DNA of 32,000 nucleotides from a cyanobacterium endosymbiont of Epithemia turgida isolate EtSB Lake Yunoko (GTDB lineage Bacteria > Cyanobacteriota > Cyanobacteriia > Cyanobacteriales > Microcystaceae). Location: positions 2,190,001-2,222,000 of the forward strand of contig NZ_AP012549.1 of the NCBI RefSeq assembly GCF_000829235.1, in the 5' to 3' direction. Below, piece after piece: positions 1-7,919 of the stretch (within the stretch, counting starts at the first letter, position 1; each line of letters begins with the position of its first letter). The position numbers and the translations under genes are program-made. The notes under the pieces were generated by a model, which worked only from the letters and a program-made list of their open reading frames with translations, searched no databases and was not told the origin of the DNA.

Positions 1-84
1 ATTATGTCTACTCATAGACGGTTGTTTTCAGTGCCTAAGTCACGAGATAATGTTCATAGATAACTTCTAACTTCTGACTAGCCC

Positions 85-1605
85 ATGATCATTCCCGATT
101 TCAAAGAATTTTGCGCATTAGCCCAACAAGGCAATTTTATACCAATCTATCAGGAGTGGGGGGCAGATCTCGAAACTCCCGTATCAGCTTGGTATAAGGT
201 TTGTAGCGGTCAGCCCTACAGTTTTTTATTGGAGTCAGTAGAAGGAGGAGAAAACCTCGGACGTTATAGTTTTTTAGGATGTGATCCCGTTTGGGTTTTG
301 GAAGTCAAGGCTAATAGAACTACTCAAATTTATCGAGATAATTCAGTCAAAATCTTTGAGGGAAATCCATTTGACATATTGACCCAATGTTTAGTTCCTA
401 TCCGTCCGGTTATCTTACCTCAACTACCATCGGGTATCGGAGGATTGTTTGGATTTTGGGGCTATGAATTGATTAATTGGATTGAACCTCGTGTTCCTAT
501 TTATCCTTTAATGGAAGACGACTTACCCGATGGGGTATGGATGCAAGTAGATAGCCTGATAATTTTTGATCAGGTAAAGCGGAAAATTTGGGCGATTGTT
601 TATGCTGATTTACGGCAAGAAAATATTAACTTAGAAGAGACTTATCAAAAAGCTTGTGATCGTGTCACTGGCTTAGTCCTAAGGTTAAAACTTCCCCTTC
701 CCATGGAAGCCAAAACTCTAGAATTAAATCCCAAACCAGCCGATTCAGATCTTTCAGCATATGATAGTAACGTGGGACGATCACGTTTTTGTGAAAATGT
801 TCTAAAAGCGAAGGAATACATCCGTGCAGGGGACATCTTTCAGGTTGTGGTTTCCCAACGCCTTAGCGCGACTTATGATAATGATCCTTTCAATCTTTAT
901 CGTTCTCTTCGGTTGATTAATCCCTCCCCTTATATGGCTTATTATAATTTTGGGGACTGGCAAATTGTTGGATCAAGTCCAGAGGTCATGGTTAAATCCA
1001 AACGCAGTGAGAATAAGATCAAAGCTATCTTACGACCTATTGCTGGAACTCGACGAAGAGGAAAAACCTCCATCGAAGATCAGGCGTTGGCTAAAGAATT
1101 ATTAAAAGATCCAAAAGAAATAGCGGAACATGTTATGTTAGTCGACTTAGGACGTAACGATTTAGGCCGAGTTTGTGTTAAAGGAAGTGTCATCATTGAT
1201 GAGTTAATGATGATTGAACGCTATTCTCATGTAATGCATATCGTGAGCAATGCAACAGGAGAGTTGGCTCCCGATAAAACCGTTTGGGACTTGCTTAAAG
1301 CTTGTTTTCCAGCAGGAACGGTGAGCGGTGCGCCAAAAATTCGGGCGATGGAAATTATCCACGAGTTAGAACCTGAACGAAGGGGACCATATTCGGGAGT
1401 CTATGGCTACTATGATTTTGAAGGACAGTTAAATACTGCGATCGCTATTAGGACAATGGTTGTCCGCCCTTTGGGTGAAAATCAACATCTCGTATCGGTC
1501 CAGGCAGGAGCTGGACTAGTGGCTGATTCTGACCCTGAAACGGAGTATGAAGAGACTCTTGACAAAGCCAGAGGGTTATTAGAGGCGATGAATCGCCTAA
1601 GCTAA
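85..1605 (+). CDS. trpE: Anthranilate synthase component I
   Basis: Complete 506-aa ORF. The translation carries chorismate-binding/TrpE motifs: LLESVEGGE, NPSPYMAYY, IAGTRRRG, MLVDLGRNDLGRV, FPAGTVSGAPKIRAMEII, RGPYSGVYGY and AGAGLVADS. Confidence 0.95.
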   Translation: MIIPDFKEFCALAQQGNFIPIYQEWGADLETPVSAWYKVCSGQPYSFLLESVEGGENLGRYSFLGCDPVWVLEVKANRTTQIYRDNSVKIFEGNPFDILTQCLVPIRPVILPQLPSGIGGLFGFWGYELINWIEPRVPIYPLMEDDLPDGVWMQVDSLIIFDQVKRKIWAIVYADLRQENINLEETYQKACDRVTGLVLRLKLPLPMEAKTLELNPKPADSDLSAYDSNVGRSRFCENVLKAKEYIRAGDIFQVVVSQRLSATYDNDPFNLYRSLRLINPSPYMAYYNFGDWQIVGSSPEVMVKSKRSENKIKAILRPIAGTRRRGKTSIEDQALAKELLKDPKEIAEHVMLVDLGRNDLGRVCVKGSVIIDELMMIERYSHVMHIVSNATGELAPDKTVWDLLKACFPAGTVSGAPKIRAMEIIHELEPERRGPYSGVYGYYDFEGQLNTAIAIRTMVVRPLGENQHLVSVQAGAGLVADSDPETEYEETLDKARGLLEAMNRLS

Positions 1606-1650
1606 CTTACCAGATTGCTATAGAACCAATTATTTTTTGTTTTAACTGAA

Positions 1651-1957
1651 TGGGGGCGGAGAGACTTGAACTCTCACGACCTTGCGGTCAACGGATTTTC
1701 ATTCTCTTATAGCTTTCGCTATTGCCGAAGTATTGGCTTTAAGAATTGGACTCTCTCTTTACCCTCAGCCTTACGTGTTAGGGTAGCTCCCGTCGAGTCT
1801 CTGCACCTTCCTCAAAATTATGAGGCTTGGCTCAGGATTGCCTTATCTGCATTTCAGACTTAGGTTTCCCTGAGTTTGAGAGCGGTCACTTGATAGATTT
1901 CTCTAACAAGGCTCAATTTCGTTAAGTCCGTAGCGTCTACCATTCCGCCACGCCCCC
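1651..1957 (-). tRNA. trnL: tRNA-Leu(UAA), split by a group I intron
   Basis: Minus strand. The 5' exon is 1957-1924 (GGGGGCGTGGCGGAATGGTAGACGCTACGGACTT). The 3' exon is 1699-1651 (AAAATCCGTTGACCGCAAGGTCGTGAGAGTTCAAGTCTCTCCGCCCCCA). Joined, they give a long-variable-arm cloverleaf with acceptor stem GGGGGCG/CGCCCCC, anticodon loop CUUAAAA (anticodon UAA), T-arm GAGAG-TTCAAGT-CTCTC and discriminator A. No CCA is encoded. Confidence 0.95.
1700..1923 (-). ncRNA. Group I self-splicing intron in the tRNA-Leu(UAA) anticodon loop
   Basis: A 224-nt insert lies between U34 and A35. Read on the minus strand it contains the conserved cores CTCAAACTCAGGGAAACCTAA, GGCAATCCTGAGCCAAGCC, GGTGCAGAGACTCGACGGGAGCTACCCTAAC and GAGGGTAAAGAGAGAGTCCAATTCT. 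It ends in omega-G (..AAGAGAATG|AAAATCC). These blocks match the Anabaena/plastid trnL intron as I remember it. There is no internal ORF. Confidence 0.9.
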
Positions 1958-2124
1958 ACTACGTACTCCAGTAAGAGTAGTATGATTAACTCACTGTCTT
2001 TAATCGTAACATAATATTCTCTATCAGGAAACTTTTTTTATCCCTTTTGTAAAAAAAAGAATTATGGGACAATTTTTAGGATAAAAGCCTCTCAAAATAT
2101 AGGCTAGTCCATACATACACTTAA

Positions 2125-4113
2125 TTAACTTAAATAAGTATAGAGATCAAGATTTTCTTCATAATTCCGCCATAAAGCCTCAGACTCTTTTTGTGTGATT
2201 CTACCCTCTTGTACAGCCTGCTCAGTACGTTGACGAATTCGTTGGCTTAGTTTATTCGTGTCGTATTGAACATAGTTCAATACATGGGCAATTGTATCTC
2301 CTTGAACAAAATCTTCAATCTCATATCCCTTTGAATTGATAACAATATGAACTTGATTAAGATTACCAAAAAGATTGTGAAAATTCCCCATAATTTCTTG
2401 ATACGCTCCCACTAAAAATATTCCCAAATAGTAAGGTTCTTTGATAGAACATTCAGGATTAGAAAACTCTAGGGGAAATAAATTAGTATCTTTGTTCACT
2501 TTTAATGGACGAAGTGGATGCAATTCTAAAACAGGTTTGCTATTTCGCAAATTGATAAATTGGTCTATCTTCCCATCACTATCACAAGTTAAGTCAGCTA
2601 AAGTTCCTCGTTGAGTAGGTTCTTCATTTAAACGGTGAACGGGCATTATAGGAAACAATTGATTAATTGCCCAAGTATCGGGAGCAGAACGAAAAACTGA
2701 TAAATTCGCATAATAAATTGAGGACATGCTTTTCTCTAAGTTTTCAAGATCATCGGGGACACAATCTTGATGCTGAATCATGTCATAGATTTTTTTACAA
2801 CAAACCCAGTACAATTGCTCTGCCTTTGCTCTTTCTATTAAATTCAAATAACCAAAATTAAATAAACTAATAGCCTCTTCTTTAAATTGAATGGCGTCAT
2901 GATACATTTCCTGATAATTTATCGGATTAATTGACTTATAAGTTTCCCAAAGATTACGAATAATTAAATTTTCCTCTTCTTCTCGAGGAGGAGGAACTAT
3001 ATTAGACACATCATTAGTGTGAAGTATATCAAAAACCACAACGGAATGATGAGCAGTAATTGCCCTTCCACTTTCACTAATTAAAACAGGTGCCGCAACA
3101 CCAGCTTCTTCACAAGCTTCTTTAATTTCAGCAACAATATCATTAGCGTAATTTTGCATACTATAGTTTTTTGAGGCATAAGAGTTGGTTTTTGAACCTT
3201 CATAATCGACGCCTAAACCTCCTCCCACATCAAGATATTTCATGTTTGGATTTATTTTTGCCAACTGTACATAAATTTGACTTGCTTCACGCATAGCATC
3301 TTTAATAACACTGATAGAAGAAATTTGTGAGCCAATATGAAAATGAAGAAATTGCAAATAGAACAAAATATTCTTTTGTTTTAGATACTTAATTGCAGTT
3401 AAAATTTGAGGAATATCTAAGCCAAATTTAGCGCGATCACCTGTGGAATTTCCCCAACGTCCTGTCCCTTTTGTACTTAGTTTTACTCGTATTCCTAAGT
3501 TTGCTTCAATCGCTAATTGTTCACTTATTTGTATTGTTAAATAAAGTTCTTCTAATTGTTCAATCACAATAACTAGTTTGTATCCTAGACGAACAGCCAA
3601 CAAAGCGGTTCTGATATAAATGACATCTTTATAACCGTTACAAACAATGATTGAGGAATTATCGGATACACTTGAATTAGGATCTATGGAGGCTAAAGCG
3701 ATCATTAACTCTGGTTTAGAACCTGATTCTAATCCAAACTGATATGGTTTTCCATGACGAACAATTGATTCAATAATTTGACGATTTTGATGACACTTGA
3801 TAGGATAAACTCCTTGATAGTGATTAGAATAGTTGTAGTTGTTAATCGCATTCTTAAAACAATTATTTAATCGAGCTAAACGATCAGCTAATATTTCAGG
3901 AAATCTAATCAATAAAGGTAAATTGATATTTTTCTTTTGTAAAGATTTAACTAAATCAAATAGGTCTAGAGAATCGTCCTTATTTCCTCGAGGAAACACG
4001 ACCACATGACCATCAGCATTAATAGAAAAATAAGGATCTCCCCAATCATCGATTTGATACAGGTTGATACTATTTTCAATCGTCCATCTCGAAGAAATTT
4101 CTAATTTTCTCAT
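2125..4113 (-). CDS. speA: Biosynthetic arginine decarboxylase (PLP-dependent)
   Basis: Complete 662-aa ORF. The N-terminus has the SpeA-type pattern (W..E.S..LY.I..WG.PYFSIN..G.V). Also present are YPIKCNQ-like YPIKCHQNR, the HIGSQ motif (FHIGSQI), DVGGGLGVDY, EPGRA-like SESGRAI and the C-terminal GAYQEIMGNFHNLFG. Confidence 0.93.
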   Translation of the reverse strand: MRKLEISSRWTIENSINLYQIDDWGDPYFSINADGHVVVFPRGNKDDSLDLFDLVKSLQKKNINLPLLIRFPEILADRLARLNNCFKNAINNYNYSNHYQGVYPIKCHQNRQIIESIVRHGKPYQFGLESGSKPELMIALASIDPNSSVSDNSSIIVCNGYKDVIYIRTALLAVRLGYKLVIVIEQLEELYLTIQISEQLAIEANLGIRVKLSTKGTGRWGNSTGDRAKFGLDIPQILTAIKYLKQKNILFYLQFLHFHIGSQISSISVIKDAMREASQIYVQLAKINPNMKYLDVGGGLGVDYEGSKTNSYASKNYSMQNYANDIVAEIKEACEEAGVAAPVLISESGRAITAHHSVVVFDILHTNDVSNIVPPPREEEENLIIRNLWETYKSINPINYQEMYHDAIQFKEEAISLFNFGYLNLIERAKAEQLYWVCCKKIYDMIQHQDCVPDDLENLEKSMSSIYYANLSVFRSAPDTWAINQLFPIMPVHRLNEEPTQRGTLADLTCDSDGKIDQFINLRNSKPVLELHPLRPLKVNKDTNLFPLEFSNPECSIKEPYYLGIFLVGAYQEIMGNFHNLFGNLNQVHIVINSKGYEIEDFVQGDTIAHVLNYVQYDTNKLSQRIRQRTEQAVQEGRITQKESEALWRNYEENLDLYTYLS

Positions 4114-4156
4114 AAGAATTAATCTAAGGTTAAATTCATGTAGTCATTGAAAAGCA

Positions 4157-5017
4157 TCAACTTCGCCAAATAGCATCAGCTACTAGTGCTATATCTACTA
4201 TTTGTGCTACGTCATGAACCCTTAATATATCTGCTGATTGGGCGATTGCTCCACAGCAGGCTGCGGCAGTTCCCCAGAGTCGTTGTTTCGGGTTAATATG
4301 ACCAATAAAACGCTTACGAGAAACTCCCACCACTATAGGCTGGACTAAACGCTTAAATTCTGACAAACGCTGTAATAGTTCTAAATTTTGTGAGTAAGTT
4401 TTGGCAAAACCGATACCAGGATCAATGATGAGGTGTGATCGCTTAATGCCAGCTTTCATCGCTAAATTCAGTTGATTATCTAACCATTGAATAACTTCTT
4501 CTATTAAATCAGTATAATCCGTCAATTGTTGCATAGTTTGAGGATTACCTCTAATGTGCATTAAGATGATAGGGACTTTTAACTTAGCCACCACTGCAAA
4601 CATCTGGGAATCAAAAGTTCCTCCAGAAACATCATTTACTAAGTCTGCACCTGCTTCGATTGACACTACTAGAGCATCAGCAACTGATGCTCTAGTAGTG
4701 TCAATCGAAATAGGAATAGACGTTTCCTGACGCAGTAGTTTTATTATAGGAATAACACGATTTAATTCTTCTTCGAAAGAAATTTGTTGAGACCCTGGCC
4801 GTGTTGATTGTTCCCCAATATCGATAATATCTGCTCCTGAATTAATGAGGATTTTAGCTTGAATTAAAGCGGTTTCTAAAGTATTAAACTGGCCACCATC
4901 ACTAAAACTGTCAGGAGTTACGTTAAGAATCCCCATAATATAGGTTCTTTTTCCCCAACAAAAGGAATATTGTCTTAGTTTTAAATCAGCCATAATAGTT
5001 TTAAATACTTTCAACAT
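4157..5017 (-). CDS. folP: Dihydropteroate synthase
   Basis: 286-aa ORF with DHPS motifs GILNVTPDSFSDGG, DIGEQSTRPG, ISIDT, NDVSGG, MHIRGNPQTM, DPGIGFAKT and GVSRK. An alternative start is the ATG at 4993 (MADLKLRQ..). The frame is open but contains a 55-bp perfect palindrome (4655-4709) that adds about 3 codons between the ISIDT and AGADLVNDVSGG motifs. Confidence 0.85.
   Translation of the reverse strand: MLKVFKTIMADLKLRQYSFCWGKRTYIMGILNVTPDSFSDGGQFNTLETALIQAKILINSGADIIDIGEQSTRPGSQQISFEEELNRVIPIIKLLRQETSIPISIDTTRASVADALVVSIEAGADLVNDVSGGTFDSQMFAVVAKLKVPIILMHIRGNPQTMQQLTDYTDLIEEVIQWLDNQLNLAMKAGIKRSHLIIDPGIGFAKTYSQNLELLQRLSEFKRLVQPIVVGVSRKRFIGHINPKQRLWGTAAACCGAIAQSADILRVHDVAQIVDIALVADAIWRS
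4655..4709. repeat. Perfect palindrome inside folP (26-bp arms, 3-nt spacer)
   Basis: 4655-4680 (ttcgattgacactactagagcatcag) is the exact reverse complement of 4684-4709 (ctgatgctctagtagtgtcaatcgaa). The spacer is caa. I checked this base by base. Confidence 0.97.
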
Positions 5018-5075
5018 ACTACTTCATAAGAAATAAGGAGGCGGTCTTTGCGCCCCCTATTTCCAATAAACTCAT

Positions 5076-5801
5076 TTATTGATAATTAACAATGCGTGCA
5101 AATCCTACCGAATCTAAACTAGCTCCTCCCACTAACACGCCATCAATTTCAGGTTGAGCCATAATTTCATCAACATTAGAAGGTTTAACTGATCCTCCAT
5201 ATTGGATAGTAACTTCTTCATTTGACAACTGAGAGCGAATGATACCAATAACGCGGTTAGCTTCAGTCGCTTCACAAGTATCTCCAGTCCCAATCGCCCA
5301 AATAGGTTCATAAGCAATGACTAAATTACTTTGATTGACATTAATTAAACTTTGTTTGACTTGGTTAATAATAACAGGTTCTGTTTCTCCTCTATCCCGT
5401 TGTAATTTACTTTCCCCTACACAGAGAATGGGAATTAGTCCGTGGCGTTGGGCAGCTAGCACTCGTAGATTTACTGTTTCATTAGTTTCACCGAAATATT
5501 GACGCCGTTCACTGTGTCCAACCACCACATAATCTACTCCAAGCTCTGTCAGCATTGCACCAGATATCTCTCCTGTATAAGCTCCTTCATCTTCCCAGTG
5601 GATGTTTTGTGCTGCCAAATGAATCAACCCAGCATATAGACTTTTTGACATGACACTCAAAGCAGTAAAGGGAGCGCATAAAACTACTTCTCTTGTTCCG
5701 TTCATTTCTTCGAGATTCGATTTTGATTCTTGCAAAAACTCCAGAGCTTTCTTCTGAGTTTTGTGCATTTTCCAGTTACCCGCAATAATAATTTTTCTCA
5801 T
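5076..5801 (-). CDS. tpiA: Triosephosphate isomerase
   Basis: Complete 241-aa ORF with the motifs [30 protein letters not shown] and GGASL. Confidence 0.95.
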   Translation of the reverse strand: MRKIIIAGNWKMHKTQKKALEFLQESKSNLEEMNGTREVVLCAPFTALSVMSKSLYAGLIHLAAQNIHWEDEGAYTGEISGAMLTELGVDYVVVGHSERRQYFGETNETVNLRVLAAQRHGLIPILCVGESKLQRDRGETEPVIINQVKQSLINVNQSNLVIAYEPIWAIGTGDTCEATEANRVIGIIRSQLSNEEVTIQYGGSVKPSNVDEIMAQPEIDGVLVGGASLDSVGFARIVNYQ

Positions 5802-6433
5802 AGCTATCTCTAAAAATTAATTTCAATGTTTTTGCAGTCTTCTAGTTTAATGCCTTAAGGATATCAGAGGGAAGAGTACAATAAGATCAAAGTTTGAGAA
5901 AGGAGATAATGTCTTAAGGAACATGACTCATAATCACTTCTATCACTTTTTAAGTAAAATACTTAAAAAACTTAGGATAAAAATTAATTTATATTCTAAA
6001 TTTTTTAGAAAAAATATTGATGTTTATGATTTAACCATTATATTTAATTTCAATGAAAAAGGTTAAATATTGTTATTTTTAACTCTTTTTATTAAAATAT
6101 TTTAACTTTGCAATTAGTACATTTTATTAAATTTTTTCGGGTTTAAAATACTAAGAATTATCCATACATTAGCATAAATTTTAATAAAAAAGCTTTAATA
6201 TTTAACAAACTATCCTGATTAGAAACTAGATATTGTTACATATCTTATTTAATCTTTTAAAGATATAGTTATTTTAATAATTTTAAATATCATATTTTAG
6301 AATTTTTTTTACAATAAAAATTAGGATTAAGTTATAGAGAATATGTTACACTTATTTAATAAGACTTAAACAAAAGATAGTTAGAGCTGCAGATTATATT
6401 TTAATAGCTAAATAAGTGGTTTTATTATAAAAT

Positions 6434-6554
6434 ACTTATTCTTTACTTATTCTTTACTTATTCTTTACTTATTCTTTACTTATTCTTTACTTATTCTTTA
6501 CTTATTCTTTACTTATTCTTTACTTATTCTTTACTTATTCTTTACTTATTCTTT
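6434..6554. repeat. Tandem repeat, 11 exact copies of the 11-bp unit ACTTATTCTTT
   Basis: Counted unit by unit from 6434 to 6554 with no mismatch. It lies in an ORF-free AT-rich spacer. Confidence 0.97.
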
Positions 6555-6936
6555 GTTAATAAATACTAATATTTTTGCTAAAATAAAGATATATATTGGC
6601 AGCTATCAACGTTAGTTAAATTAAACCATATAGTATGTTTTTGTTAACCAATAATCTAAGCTCTATAAAAAAATAACAGTATTTATTTCAAAATTTATTT
6701 GACCAACAAATTGGTTTAACTTAAATAATTAAAACGCAAAATTATTCTTAAAATTTCACCACTCTTAAACAGATACTATCTGAAACAGAATACACCTAAC
6801 ATAGGTTTTAGTGCAATATGTATAGATTAAAGAAGATCTTATATATTTATTTTCAGTAATCCAAGTTTCAAGAATAACGGCTTACTAAGCCAAAAAGTTA
6901 GCAATACTTTGTTAAATCATTTTCTTTTTTTAAACT

Positions 6937-7086
6937 TTATACTCTATCTGATGTTTCCTGATAGAGTGCAGAATCGAATGGTGGAACTTCAATATTGGGA
7001 CATTCATCTTTAGTTGTACTAAAAATGTAATCAAAGCCTTCAGCGATATATTGAACTAAACTTTGCAAGATTTTATCGACACTCAT
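6937..7086 (-). CDS. Small hypothetical protein (49 aa), below the ORF-track cutoff
   Basis: The minus-strand ORF reads MSVDKILQSLVQYIAEGFDYIFSTTKDECPNIEVPPFDSALYQETSDRV*. An AAGAGG Shine-Dalgarno-like motif lies 8 nt upstream of the ATG. The ORF forms a local GC-richer island inside an otherwise ORF-free desert. I cannot assign a family from memory. Confidence 0.4.
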   Translation of the reverse strand: MSVDKILQSLVQYIAEGFDYIFSTTKDECPNIEVPPFDSALYQETSDRV

Positions 7087-7792
7087 AACATCTGCCTCTT
7101 AACTCTCATGAACTTTATAAAAAACTTCACTTGCTGAGGGTTTTTATTTTTTAGAGTTAAAAAAAGCTTTTTTCATCTCTTCTGTTCTCGATTATCTTAA
7201 GAATATTTCAACCTTTGAACAAGTTTGTAATAAATTTTAAAATGACAAGAATCCGCTTTGTATTTTCGTTAACTTTTATAAACTAAAATATTAGCTAGTA
7301 TTAACTTCTAGAGAATTCAGTATAACCATAATGATAGGTTTTCAAACAAAAAACTATTTTTTCACTAAATCAAATTAATCAATTTAATTTACCAATATAT
7401 TTAAAAAATATTGGAATTTTAACTTAAGTTTTTTAAAATAAAAAAACTTAAAGATCAAGGAATTTCAATTGCTATTATGATAAAATTAACGTATTCTATC
7501 GTTGATAGAGCTATTTTGAGAATTTAGTCACTATTAAGATGGTTTATAGATATAGTGAGTGAGTTAGATTTATGAGAACGTACTATGATGTGCTTTCAAT
7601 ACTATCATTCTTGTCCTAATACTGATAAGATTTTATCTCACAATTATCGATAATTTTTAGAGATTAAAGTTATAACTAAGATGGATATTATCAATTACTA
7701 TTTTAAAATAGTGATACTTTTAAAGTAAAACTTAATCAACAAAAGTGAAGTATGTATTCAAGCTATTAAAATGCTATGTGTAGCTGTCATGC

Positions 7793-7820
7793 AACCAGAT
7801 TTAAAAGTTTAAATCTGGTT
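7793..7820. repeat. Perfect palindrome (13-bp arms, 2-nt centre)
   Basis: aaccagatttaaa-ag-tttaaatctggtt. Confidence 0.9.
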
Positions 7821-7919
7821 TAATTTGATATAATTTACTTTAATTAAATTAAAGTACTTAGGAGTACTGTCCTTAATTCAATACACTCGATTGTCTATGT
7901 TTTTCTAAGAGCAAAGATT

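Noticed and set aside
645-836. 63-aa minus-strand ORF inside trpE
   Set aside because: It is an antisense shadow ORF within a well-supported CDS. The same reasoning applies to 2667-2861 (in speA), 5132-5317 (in tpiA), 24111-24329 (in recQ) and 8636-8887 (antisense to the pncB remnant).
1666-1863. 65-aa plus-strand ORF from the track
   Set aside because: It lies entirely antisense to the tRNA-Leu 3' exon and group I intron. It has no coding features, and the region is explained by the RNA gene.
3983-3996. Short perfect palindromes in CDSs (TTTCCTCGAGGAAA in speA; TGAACAAG-CA-CTTGTTCA at 22881-22898 in recQ; GACTAATTAGTC near 15115)
   Set aside because: Arms of 6-8 bp are expected a few times by chance in 32 kb. 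I did not count them as part of the long-palindrome phenomenon.
6434-6554. Possible CRISPR array
   Set aside because: This is a pure head-to-tail 11-bp tandem repeat with no spacers. The unit is far too short, and there are no cas genes in the window.
7836-7856. 21-bp palindrome TACTTTAATT-A-AATTAAAGTA about 65 nt upstream of the pncB remnant, considered as an NrtR operator
   Set aside because: I cannot recall the cyanobacterial NrtR consensus well enough to match it. A 10-bp, almost pure A/T inverted repeat is expected by chance several times in DNA this A+T-rich.
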